This document shows positions 1 through 9,067 of a stretch of DNA of 64,000 nucleotides, piece by piece. The notes beneath the pieces are model-generated. The model made no database searches. It was not told the origin of the DNA and saw nothing but the letters and a program-made list of their open reading frames with translations. The DNA comes from an uncultured Lentisphaerales bacterium. GTDB taxonomy: Bacteria > Verrucomicrobiota > Lentisphaeria > JABSQK01 > JAJFLO01. The stretch is taken from contig CAZTTH010000008.1 of the NCBI GenBank assembly GCA_964615975.1, forward strand, positions 13,814 to 77,813. Direction: 5' to 3'. A program made the position numbers and the translations under genes. Within the stretch, counting starts at the first letter, position 1; each line of letters begins with the position of its first letter.

Positions 1-735
1 ACGCTGCGGCTAATGGGTGATGCCGGGATCAGGCGGGTCCTGGCTTTATTTACTTCGGCATATAGCAGCTATTCCGGCTGCCGTCAGTATCGGGAGAACC
101 TCCAAGATGCCAGGACCACCGCCGGACGACCTGATATGGTTGTCGATAAAATCCGGGTCTTCTTTAACCACCCCGGTTTTATTGAAGCGAACACCAACCA
201 TATCCGGGCGGCCATGACTTCATTGCCGACGCTGGACAAATCCCATACCGCCCTCGTCTTCACCGCCCACAGCATACCCCTGTCCATGGCACAGGGTTGC
301 GCCTACCAAAAGCAATTGCGGCAAGCGTGCAAGCTGGTCACCGCAGCGCTGGTTTGGGACGATTGGGATCTGGTTTATCAAAGCCGCAGTGGTCCACCCC
401 ATCAGCCCTGGTTGGAACCGGATATCCTTGACCATTTGCGGCGGTTGCACGAAGCAGGGACACAAGCGGTGGTGATTTCGCCGATCGGCTTCATTTCCGA
501 TCATCTGGAAATCCTCTTTGACCTTGACACCGAAGCCCGGGAATTATGTCAGGAGCTCGGCATGACCATGGCGTTGGCCAAAACCGCCGGCGCTCATCCC
601 GCCTTTGTGGCCATGATCCGCGAATTGATCGAAGAACGGCTGGGGTTGCGCGTTGACCGCCGTGCCCTCGGCCAGCTTGGTCCCTGGCATGATGTGTGTC
701 CGGAAAATTGCTGCCTTCCAACCTCTATGAAATAG
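1..735 (+). CDS. hemH: ferrochelatase, C-terminal part (5' end lies outside the window)
   Basis: The frame is open from nt 1. Motifs FTAHSIPLSMA and SPIGFISDHLEILFDLD are typical of ferrochelatase. Confidence 0.9.
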   Translation, partial: TLRLMGDAGIRRVLALFTSAYSSYSGCRQYRENLQDARTTAGRPDMVVDKIRVFFNHPGFIEANTNHIRAAMTSLPTLDKSHTALVFTAHSIPLSMAQGCAYQKQLRQACKLVTAALVWDDWDLVYQSRSGPPHQPWLEPDILDHLRRLHEAGTQAVVISPIGFISDHLEILFDLDTEARELCQELGMTMALAKTAGAHPAFVAMIRELIEERLGLRVDRRALGQLGPWHDVCPENCCLPTSMK

Positions 736-833
736 TGATCAGCGGCTTGGCTGAATTTACTGTCATGGATGAAAATCCAACATAATTAAAAGCATAACCC
801 CCAGCTGGTATGTGTTTAATTATGGTCCATCGC

Positions 834-1694
834 TCAGGTTGACCCTGATTTTCCACGGCGCTTGTCTTCATTTCCTGCACTGTTTTGCCCGGCCTTCCGT
901 TTATCGAAGTAGGGTTGCCATTTGGTGCCGTGCTTAGAAGATACAAATGACTTTGGCGCAACAGCATGCTTCTCGATGATGACGCAGAACGGGTAGAAAT
1001 GGATCGAATGGATTGACTTCTGGAACTCATTCAAGTCGCCAAAGTGATTTAGCTGGTCAACGAGACTGGTCGCGTAGGCGGAAAAATCATTCCCCTTTCC
1101 ATGCACGTCTTCACAAAAATACACCCCGCCGCAACGCAAATGTGGAAGCATCTCTTCAAGCGTTATGCGCTGTTGCTCAGGTGTATGGCCGCCATCGTCG
1201 ATCAAGATATCGATCGGAGGAGTATTTACTCTAAAGGCTTTCCAAAAGCTCCTATCAGCCTGGTCACCGATGCGCACGCTTATGTGATCGTTTTCGTAGG
1301 ACTTACAAGTCTCATTTATATCAACACCGTATATGTGACATTGGGGGCCGAAGTAGGATCGCCACATATCGAGGCTGCCGCCACTGTAGACGCCGATTTC
1401 CAATATATTAACCCTTCGCGCAACGAACTTTGAGAAGTGCCGTTGATATATCTCAAAGTAATGCCGCCATTTCCATATTCCGTGTCCTTCAGTATGATTC
1501 TCGAAGTAATCTCTCAGCGGATTTGCTGGCGGCAGTGCGGTTTCAACTGGTGCCCCGCCCTGCTCACGATACCGCGAAACATATTGCTCGGCCGTGAAGC
1601 GCGATGTTATCTTCCCCAACAGCACCAAGAAGAGCTTCGGAGAGGAAATGCCCGCAACCGCGAGGTTCCTGGCTTTTCGTAGATATCGTTTCAT
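834..1694 (-). CDS. class I SAM-dependent methyltransferase (TylF/MycF/CmcI-like)
   Basis: 286-aa ORF. HYFEIYQRHF...ILEIGVYSGGSLDMW...GVDIN...DDGGHTPEQQ...GGVYFCEDVH matches the Rossmann methyltransferase pattern of this family. The exact start is uncertain. Confidence 0.7.
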   Translation of the reverse strand: MKRYLRKARNLAVAGISSPKLFLVLLGKITSRFTAEQYVSRYREQGGAPVETALPPANPLRDYFENHTEGHGIWKWRHYFEIYQRHFSKFVARRVNILEIGVYSGGSLDMWRSYFGPQCHIYGVDINETCKSYENDHISVRIGDQADRSFWKAFRVNTPPIDILIDDGGHTPEQQRITLEEMLPHLRCGGVYFCEDVHGKGNDFSAYATSLVDQLNHFGDLNEFQKSIHSIHFYPFCVIIEKHAVAPKSFVSSKHGTKWQPYFDKRKAGQNSAGNEDKRRGKSGST

Positions 1695-2106
1695 TGTGCG
1701 TTTTACCTTGTTGCCAAATTTATCTTACTGAATACCTACTATTTGCGTTTGAGTCAAACTGTCAATTCATCCTGGGAATTCTGCTTGTACTTGAGTCATT
1801 GAATCAACATTCCCCCTCCGCGTCTCGGCGCCTTGGCGTGATGATCATCATCTTTCGAACTGATTGCTATAAAAAAATATTCGTGATCGCGTAATAATTT
1901 GACTGATTACGAATCGGGATACTTAAGAATATGGAATCATTACCTGCTTTCAATAAATATTCAGAAAATCGTTATGGCTTATCATCGTTCCCGAACATCG
2001 GCGCCAGCTCAAACATCGGTATTAATTGTTTTTTTTCGCTGATATGAAATTATTTTTAGGTGATTAATTGTTATCAGCGTATCATCGCATCACCATATCT
2101 ATTATT

Positions 2107-2337
2107 ATGAGGACAACAATAACCATTGATGATGATGTATTTGAAGCAGCTCGAGCGCTGGCGCAAGCATCTGGCATAAGGCTTGGTCAGGCTCTTTCAT
2201 TGCTGGCTCGGCGAGGATTGCGCGTTTCACTCGATAGTGCGAAAAAGCGTGGATTGCCTGTTTTTAAAGTCAACCAGGATGCCAGGATTATCCCAAATGA
2301 TCTCGCCTGTAAAATGATGGCAGAAGAAGCAACGTGA
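2107..2337 (+). CDS. vapB: type II antitoxin, VapB-like
   Basis: The N-terminus MRTTITIDDDVFEAARALA is typical of small VapB-type antitoxins. Its stop lies 13 nt before the PIN gene start. The ATG at 2107 is preferred over the ORF-track start at 2068. Confidence 0.7.
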   Translation: MRTTITIDDDVFEAARALAQASGIRLGQALSLLARRGLRVSLDSAKKRGLPVFKVNQDARIIPNDLACKMMAEEAT

Positions 2338-2349
2338 AAATCAGCCCGA

Positions 2350-2757
2350 TTGGATACGAATGTGGTTCTGGCGTTAGGATGGCTGAATCCTCAAGGTCAG
2401 CATCAGGCACATTTATGGTTTGCAATACAGTCAAAAAACGGCTGGGGCACTTGTGCTTTAACCCAACTTGGTTTTATTCGGCTCTCCGCCAATCCGGCAG
2501 ATACAGAAAGTGCCGTTACTCTCCAAGAAGCTGCTGGTTTGTTAAAACAATGGACCTAACTGAATTCCCATTATTTCTGGGATGCTCCACCAGCAGATAA
2601 TCCAACCATCTTCTCCCGTGCCATAGGGCATCAGCAAATCAATGACGCCTGGTTGGTGGAAGTAGCCCGTCATCACTCAGGAAAGCTGGTCACATTTGAC
2701 CTCCGCCTGTCAGCCCACTCTAGCGAATCAGGGTTGGTCGAGGTAATTGAAACCTGA
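2350..2757 (+). pseudogene. vapC: VapC PIN-domain toxin interrupted by an in-frame TAA at 2557-2559
   Basis: The first half (TTG start, LDTNVVLALGW...GFIRLSANP...LLKQWT) and the second half (HYFWDAPP...INDAWLVEVARHHSGKLVTFD) are in the same frame. Together they give a PIN toxin of about 135 codons, split by one stop codon. Confidence 0.75.
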
Positions 2758-2832
2758 AACAACTTTCAGGGATATGAAAATTTTATTAATCCGGTAGTAG
2801 AGTCAGACATATGATCCCAGACTGAACTGACA

Positions 2833-2846
2833 CCGTGGTTAAAATT
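2833..2846 (+). repeat. CCGTGGTTAAAATT motif, a partial copy of a dispersed short repeat
   Basis: Shares CGTGGTTAAAWTT with copies at 15352-15365 and 26705-26718. Confidence 0.4.
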
Positions 2847-3073
2847 CTTCCCCGAATTCCTCGCCCCTGATCGCTGAATTGCCAGTGATCGGCCATGCGC
2901 CCGGATTTGCCAAGGTGATCGAATTTAAGCCCGAATCCAGGTACTCAAAAAGTCCAACCGCGTTACTCAGATGGAGAATCCTTAGGTAAAGTGATTGAAA
3001 ACATCATCAAGCTTGTTAATTTTACCCCCTTCATTGCGAAATTATAATACGACAATCAGGCGATAAAACAGGA

Positions 3074-3640
3074 TTGAATTATCAACTTATGAAACGTCTA
3101 CTATCAGCGCTTAAAGCCTTCTGGCACATCCTTTGCGGTCGCGAAGAGGCTCCCCCTGTCCCGGTTCAACCAGAGTCAGTAAAACCAGCAACTGCTCCGG
3201 CAACACCTGCAGCGGCGATTACCGCCGCATCCAAATCAGCTTCATCGGATAAACATACATTTCAACACGGCGCCATCTATGCCCTGGTGCTGTTGCAACG
3301 GCATGGCCGCCTGATTGATTTTCTTCAGGAAAAGCTGGACGACTACAGCGACGAACAAATCGGCACTGCCGTCCGTCAAATCCATCATGATTGCCAGGTG
3401 GTTTTCACCGAGAATTTTCACCTCCAGCGTATCCTGCCAGAGGAAGAAGGACAGCCCATAAAATTCGAAAAAGCTGTCGACCCTCTGGCAATCAAACTGA
3501 CTGGCGCCATCCCCGCCGCGCCTCCCTACCAGGGGGTGTTGCGTCACAAGGGATGGAAGATTGGTAAAATTCATTTGCCGGAACGGAGCGGGAAAATCGA
3601 TCCCCACATCATTGCCGCCGCGGAAGTGGAAATCGCTTGA
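3074..3640 (+). CDS. DUF2760-like protein
   Basis: GRLIDFLQEKLDDYSDEQIGTAVRQIHHDC and the C-terminal GVLRHKGWK match my recollection of the DUF2760 family, which is usually encoded next to atypical Hsp70 genes. The start is either TTG 3074 or ATG 3089. Confidence 0.65.
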   Translation: MNYQLMKRLLSALKAFWHILCGREEAPPVPVQPESVKPATAPATPAAAITAASKSASSDKHTFQHGAIYALVLLQRHGRLIDFLQEKLDDYSDEQIGTAVRQIHHDCQVVFTENFHLQRILPEEEGQPIKFEKAVDPLAIKLTGAIPAAPPYQGVLRHKGWKIGKIHLPERSGKIDPHIIAAAEVEIA

Positions 3641-3691
3641 ATCGTATCCCGGGATTAAAGGATGATGATGGTGGTATAACTCATAAATAAA

Positions 3692-3790
3692 CCGTTGAAC
3701 TCATTAACCTGCGAACCTTATAACCTATTAACTCTTTAACCTCTTAACACTGAACCCCATTAACCTTTGAACCTTGAACTTTATTAATCC
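3692..3790 (+). repeat. G-poor tract built from reiterated TTAACC / TGAACY words, directly upstream of the Hsp70 gene
   Basis: Read directly: ttgaactcattaacctgcgaaccttataacctattaactctttaacctcttaacactgaaccccattaacctttgaaccttgaactttattaatcc. Confidence 0.6.
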
Positions 3791-3799
3791 CATACCCCC

Positions 3800-5611
3800 A
3801 TGTCACGTTATATCATCGGCATCGATTTAGGCACAACCAATATCGCCATATCCTATCTGGATCTGGAATCCGACACGCCCACAGTGGAACTCTTTTCCGT
3901 CCCCCAACTGGTGGCGCCGGGAGAGATCGATGCGCTTCCACTGCTCCCCTCATTTCTCTATCTCCCGCCCGAGGCGGATGTGGAACGCGGCATTTATGAT
4001 CTGCCGTGGGCAGAGAAACCCCAACATTGTGTTGGCACGTTGGCGCGCAAGAACGGGCCGCTGGCGCCCGGGAAGGTGATTGCTTCGGCCAAATCCTGGC
4101 TGTGCACACCGACCGTCGATCGGCTGGCGCCGATTCTGCCGTGGGGTCAACCTGCGACGGCAGGCAAGATCTCCCCGATTGACGCGACCCGCTATTATCT
4201 CGAGCATCTCAAAGGCGCTTGGAACCAGCATTTTGCCATGGACGATTCCACCCTCGCATTTGAACAGCAAAAAATCATTGTCACCGTGCCCGCCTCCTTC
4301 GATGCCGTGGCCCGGGAATTGACGGTCAAGGCGGCGGAACTGGCAGGATTGACAATTAATTTGCTTGAAGAACCACAGGCGGCGTTTTACGCCTGGCTGC
4401 ATGAGCATGAGAAGAATTGGCGCAAGATGGTGGCGATCGGCAAGCGCATACTGGTCTGCGATATCGGCGGCGGCACCACCGATTTCAGCTTGATTCAGGC
4501 GGTTGACGATAACGGCAGTGTCGGCCTTGAGCGGGTCGCGGTCGGCAATCACATCCTGCTAGGTGGGGACAACCTGGACCTGGCGCTGGCAGTCTATCTT
4601 TCCGAAAAACTCAAACGCGACAAGGGGATCAAGCTCGATCTCAATCAGTTCACCGCCATGACCCATTCCTGCCGAGAAGCCAAGGAGAAGCTGTTCTCGA
4701 GCGCTAAACCGAAACCGCAGAAAATCACCGTGCTGGGACGCGGCAGCAGTGTCATCGGCGGCACGATCACCACGGAACTTACCTTGGAGGAATTGACCAC
4801 GGTGGTGCTGGAGGGATTTTTCCCCCCCTGCGAGCTAAGTGACCAACCGACAACACAAAAGCGACTGGGATTACGCGAATTCGGCTTGAATTACGAGTCC
4901 GATCCGGTGATAACCAAGCATTTGGCGGCGTTTCTTTCCCGGCACTCAGACACGGCGGGGGCCGCCGGCCTGCCAGAGATGATCCTCTTCAACGGCGGCG
5001 TCACCAAAGCCGACAGCATCTGCCAGCGCATCATCGACAACCTGAGAAAATGGCATGGCAACTCTGAAGCCTCGGAAATCACCGTTCTCACCGGCACGGA
5101 TCCCGACACGGCCGTGGCGATCGGCGCCTGCTGGTATGGTCATGTCAGTATTGGCAAAGGCATTCGCATCAAGGCCGGCAGCGCGTTCTCCTATTATGTC
5201 GGGGTGGAATCATCACAACCGGCAATACCCGGATTTCAACCGCCATTGCAGGGACTGTGCGTAGCGCCATTTGGCCTCGAAGAAGGCAGCACTGTCGATA
5301 TTCCCTACACCGGCCTGGGCCTGGTGGTTGGTGAACGCACCGACTTCCAGTTCTTCGCCAGCACTGATCACAAGGAAGATCAATGCGGTACGATCATCGC
5401 CGATGTCGAAGAAGCCGGACTGCACACCCTGCCGGTGCTGACCGCCGAACTGCCGGCGGATGAAGCCACCATCCCTGCCGGCACCCTCCTGCCTATCCGC
5501 CTCAAGACCGTGCTCACCGAAATCGGCACTCTGCAGCTCTGGTGCCTGGAAGAAAACGGCGACCGCCAGTGGCAGCTCGAATACGAACTCCGCGCCCGCG
5601 ACGCGGATTAG
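3800..5611 (+). CDS. Hsp70-family ATPase (non-canonical, HscC/YegD-like) with a divergent C-terminal region
   Basis: IIGIDLGTTNIAIS (phosphate-1), VCDIGGGTTDFSLI (phosphate-2) and LFNGGVTK (adenosine motif). The C-terminal ~200 aa do not resemble the DnaK substrate-binding domain. Confidence 0.85.
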   Translation: MSRYIIGIDLGTTNIAISYLDLESDTPTVELFSVPQLVAPGEIDALPLLPSFLYLPPEADVERGIYDLPWAEKPQHCVGTLARKNGPLAPGKVIASAKSWLCTPTVDRLAPILPWGQPATAGKISPIDATRYYLEHLKGAWNQHFAMDDSTLAFEQQKIIVTVPASFDAVARELTVKAAELAGLTINLLEEPQAAFYAWLHEHEKNWRKMVAIGKRILVCDIGGGTTDFSLIQAVDDNGSVGLERVAVGNHILLGGDNLDLALAVYLSEKLKRDKGIKLDLNQFTAMTHSCREAKEKLFSSAKPKPQKITVLGRGSSVIGGTITTELTLEELTTVVLEGFFPPCELSDQPTTQKRLGLREFGLNYESDPVITKHLAAFLSRHSDTAGAAGLPEMILFNGGVTKADSICQRIIDNLRKWHGNSEASEITVLTGTDPDTAVAIGACWYGHVSIGKGIRIKAGSAFSYYVGVESSQPAIPGFQPPLQGLCVAPFGLEEGSTVDIPYTGLGLVVGERTDFQFFASTDHKEDQCGTIIADVEEAGLHTLPVLTAELPADEATIPAGTLLPIRLKTVLTEIGTLQLWCLEENGDRQWQLEYELRARDAD

Positions 5612-5789
5612 AGTGGATGCAGTTCACCGTTTGGAACAACGCTATCTGGATCACCCAGGATGAAATTTTAATCCATCCAAAAATTTGCTTGGAAAATGAT
5701 AATTTTGCCGTCACCATCTGACTACCATAACAGATATACTGCACATGAATGATGGCTATTCATCTTCCCGTCAGGTTGGGCAAGGCAGC

Positions 5790-7862
5790 TTAAGCTCGTA
5801 AGTCATCCAGGAATTCTGAGGCTGGTTCAATGCCTGTGACCAGTAAATGATCCCTTGCCCGTGTACAAGCGACATAAAGCAAGTGACGTTCAGTGTCGTA
5901 GACCTCTTGCAAATCGGCATCGTCACCGACTGTTTCAATACGTTCCTGTAAGGGGATAATCTCGTCATCACAGGATATCACGGCCACGGCGCGGAATTCA
6001 AGCCCCTTGGCCAGGTGCATGGTGCAGATCGATACATGACCACTGCTCGTCTCGACATGGTCATCGAGGATATTGAATGGCAAACCCGACTCCTTGACTG
6101 CATCTTGAGCTCGTTCCAGTTGCCCTGGTGAACGCACGAAGACGCCGAATTCATGGGGTAGGAGACCGGCTTTCGTGAGCTCGGCAATCCATGTACCAAC
6201 AGAACTTATTTCGTCATTTTCACTCTTGAACACGCGAATGTCGGGTAATGGACCATTGAAGATCGAAATTGTATCGCTCCGATCTTCTCGATTGCCGTCC
6301 ACATCAGTAACTTCCGGACCAAGCAGACGATCAGCTTGCTGGCGGATTTGATGGGATGTGCGATAATTGATTCGCAGCGTGCGGGAACGACCGCGGATAT
6401 CAACACCGAGTGATTTCCAGGAGAAGGGTTGTTGGAAAATACGCTGACCAAGATCACCGGCAAAGAATAAAGCGTTGGAGCGCTCACCACCAAGCACGGC
6501 AAGGAAGCGGAGTTGTGAAACACTGAGATCCTGTGCCTCGTCAACAACTACAAAATCGAAGGGTAGCTTTTTGCTTTCCACCAATGTGGACGACAAGGCA
6601 GTGAAAATCCCCGCATGAGTGGATAACTTCCGCTCTTTCAATCCACTGCTGACCTGCTCAAAGATAGACCAGAGTACCACTCGTCGCTTTTCGGGCAGCC
6701 GGGTTTTGCGGCCAAGGCGGGCTACATCGCGGTAAGACTCCCATGTTTCCAATTGCCACGCATCGACGACTTGTTCCCATTCGGTAACCAGGAAATGCAG
6801 ACTGAACTTGTGATCTCCCACCACTTTCGCCGCGACATTGAGCAATTCCCGCACGATATCACGAGTGGCCAGGTTCACCTTGCCACATTGTGATTTAAAG
6901 AGTCGGAGACCGATGGCATTCAGGGAGTAAACTTCAATGCGTTCGACAAGACGCGGTTCGTTGCCGACCAATCGTTTTAGCTTGGTACGAAGCGCATTTG
7001 CCAGCGTGTCGGAAAAGGTTGTGAGCAGGATGCGGGCATCGGGATAGGCGCGGGCCAGATACACTGCCCGATGCAACGCCACAATCGTCTTTCCGGTTCC
7101 AGCCGATCCTGAAACACGGGATGGTCCATTTTGGTCGCGTTCCACCCATTGACGCTGTTCGGGATGGAGAAAAACAGTCCACTTCTCCCAGGGGAAATCG
7201 AGAGCACATTGAAGCTCTTCGATATTGTTCATCACCCGGAAGCGGCGTTGCGCATCGGGGTGATCAAACGGACTTGCAATCGGCATGGCCGGTTGAATCA
7301 CTCGCGGTTTGCCACCGGTGGCAAGTTCCAGGAGCGCTTCAGCCGCTTCCCCGGGCAGACGTTCCGCTAACAATAACAGGCTGTCTTCATTAACCTGGCG
7401 CACATCATTCAACCATTCTGCCGGCACGCCATAGCCAAGCAGTTCTTCATCGGAATTGGCGGTAAACAGGGGTGGTTTCGGTAGCGCCGGCAATTCCTGT
7501 TGCACATACACTGGTACATAGACCTCCTTCACCGTCTCGCGAATTTCCACGAGCTGAGCCGCCCCCGTCTTGGGATGCGTTTCCAGTTTCCGGCGTTGCG
7601 CCCAATTATAGGCTTTATCGTGGTGATCGACATAACAGAGCATCAAACTGGTACCGGTTTTGTGAACGATGAGCCGAATATCACTGGTTGCTCGAATCGA
7701 CCAGAAGTTGGCATCTTTGGCGCCCTCAATACGATGGCATTGCATCCCGGGATTGAGGGGATTCATCTGCAGGTCAAATGCCGTTGTCTTGACCGCTTTC
7801 TGCTCATCGCCGGTCAGGCGTGCAAGGCTATCGGTGAAGGTGGCGGCAATGCGGAAGTTCAT
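5790..7862 (-). CDS. SF1 UvrD/Rep-like helicase with an N-terminal RelE/ParE-like domain
   Basis: Helicase motifs: GSAGTGKT (I), VVVDEAQDLS (II), FFAGDLGQRIF (III), INYRTS (IV), TMHLAKGLEFRAV (V) and LLYVACTRARDHL (VI). The GAGGA Shine-Dalgarno sits about 7 nt upstream of the ATG. The first ~95 aa (FWSIRATSDIRLIVHKTG..LMLCYVDHHDKAY) look toxin-fold-like. Confidence 0.85.
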   Translation of the reverse strand: MNFRIAATFTDSLARLTGDEQKAVKTTAFDLQMNPLNPGMQCHRIEGAKDANFWSIRATSDIRLIVHKTGTSLMLCYVDHHDKAYNWAQRRKLETHPKTGAAQLVEIRETVKEVYVPVYVQQELPALPKPPLFTANSDEELLGYGVPAEWLNDVRQVNEDSLLLLAERLPGEAAEALLELATGGKPRVIQPAMPIASPFDHPDAQRRFRVMNNIEELQCALDFPWEKWTVFLHPEQRQWVERDQNGPSRVSGSAGTGKTIVALHRAVYLARAYPDARILLTTFSDTLANALRTKLKRLVGNEPRLVERIEVYSLNAIGLRLFKSQCGKVNLATRDIVRELLNVAAKVVGDHKFSLHFLVTEWEQVVDAWQLETWESYRDVARLGRKTRLPEKRRVVLWSIFEQVSSGLKERKLSTHAGIFTALSSTLVESKKLPFDFVVVDEAQDLSVSQLRFLAVLGGERSNALFFAGDLGQRIFQQPFSWKSLGVDIRGRSRTLRINYRTSHQIRQQADRLLGPEVTDVDGNREDRSDTISIFNGPLPDIRVFKSENDEISSVGTWIAELTKAGLLPHEFGVFVRSPGQLERAQDAVKESGLPFNILDDHVETSSGHVSICTMHLAKGLEFRAVAVISCDDEIIPLQERIETVGDDADLQEVYDTERHLLYVACTRARDHLLVTGIEPASEFLDDLRA

Positions 7863-7932
7863 GAACTTTCCTCACCCGTCACTTACAATCGTTTTCAGTT
7901 TTCATCTCAGGATATCCTCGATATAACTCGGA

Positions 7933-8361
7933 TCATTTAGCATAATGGCATTCCATAACAGTATCGGCGATCAGTTGTGCTATAGTCAGATTATCTTGAT
8001 GAGAAATCCCATGAATTCCGCTATGAGACGGATCATTGTCTTCAGGTTCATGAATGAACTGCAACTGACGCGAATCATTCGATTCATTTTTTACAAAATT
8101 CCTGGTGTTTCCAACATTCACCACTGCAAACATACCCGTTGATGCCACATTGAATTTTTTAGCAAAAATTCGTCTTACTTCTTCAATTTCTTGAACACGA
8201 GAAGTTTTCTTGAGATATTCCAGCCAATTCACGGACAGATAAGTTTCATCATCTCGAAGCATGAATGAGGCACCGGTTGGTAGTCCAGTGGAAGGTGAAA
8301 GACTCCGAGGTTTACAATATCTTGAAACGTGATCGGAATCCTGGATAATGTCATTTCTCAT
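7933..8361 (-). CDS. hypothetical protein (142 aa), last gene of a three-gene operon
   Basis: The ORF overlaps the upstream gene by 11 nt. I recognise no family. The conserved-looking C-terminal HEPEDNDPSHSGIHGI may be catalytic. Confidence 0.55.
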   Translation of the reverse strand: MRNDIIQDSDHVSRYCKPRSLSPSTGLPTGASFMLRDDETYLSVNWLEYLKKTSRVQEIEEVRRIFAKKFNVASTGMFAVVNVGNTRNFVKNESNDSRQLQFIHEPEDNDPSHSGIHGISHQDNLTIAQLIADTVMECHYAK

Positions 8362-9067
8362 TGATCGTCGTCCATCGTTCTGTATTGAAGGGCGTTATGA
8401 GTTGACGAAAATCTTTCATGCCACATTTTCCTGAATTCCTAATTATTCCGTCCTGAGACGGAGAAAATATCAAATAATTAAGGTTATAATCCGAAAGAAA
8501 CTCAATGGTCAGATTTCGGGATTTATCTTTGCGCCATTGACAGATAATTGTCCCATTAGGGGATGCCATAATGTCAGGATGACAAAGGTCTTTATTCTGG
8601 GATAAAAATCGCAAGCAAGCGCCGACAGATGTTGCACTTAATTTCGTTTCCTCTAGATCTTCGGCGAGAAGGTCATTCAATTCTGTAATGCGAGCCAGCA
8701 CTTCATCTTTCTTTAACAGTGTTCGGCTTGAAAGGCGAAAGTCTATTAATGTTGCTCGAACTTTGTCATATTCTGACCTTATATCTCCTAAAATAGCCAT
8801 GGAAGTATTTTCCGAGGATTCGATTTCAGCTATGATTGCTTTGTCCTCTGGGCAAACACTCAAATAGATCATGGGTGTAAAATAATTCCGCGGTTTGATA
8901 GATGAGAACGAGGTTTTGGGGTTGAGAGATGATTCCCACTGGGCAAGAATTGAATAATCCGTTTGTCTTCGAGATAACAACAATGATTGTACTTGATATT
9001 CATCTTGATCGAATAGTGCTTCGCGGGTTAAGTCAAAATCATCCTTGTATGCGACTGCGGCAGTCAT
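8351..9067 (-). CDS. hypothetical protein (238 aa), middle gene of a three-gene operon
   Basis: An ATGA start/stop overlap with the upstream gene (9064-9067) indicates translational coupling. No recognisable motif. Confidence 0.55.
   Translation of the reverse strand: MTAAVAYKDDFDLTREALFDQDEYQVQSLLLSRRQTDYSILAQWESSLNPKTSFSSIKPRNYFTPMIYLSVCPEDKAIIAEIESSENTSMAILGDIRSEYDKVRATLIDFRLSSRTLLKKDEVLARITELNDLLAEDLEETKLSATSVGACLRFLSQNKDLCHPDIMASPNGTIICQWRKDKSRNLTIEFLSDYNLNYLIFSPSQDGIIRNSGKCGMKDFRQLITPFNTERWTTINEK

Noticed and set aside
2334-2600. 88-aa ORF that initially suggested a frameshifted vapC.
   Set aside because: Checking codon phase showed that both PIN halves are in the same frame (2350 and 2743 are both 1 mod 3). 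The lesion is an in-frame TAA, not a frameshift, and the 2334 ORF is an off-frame artefact.
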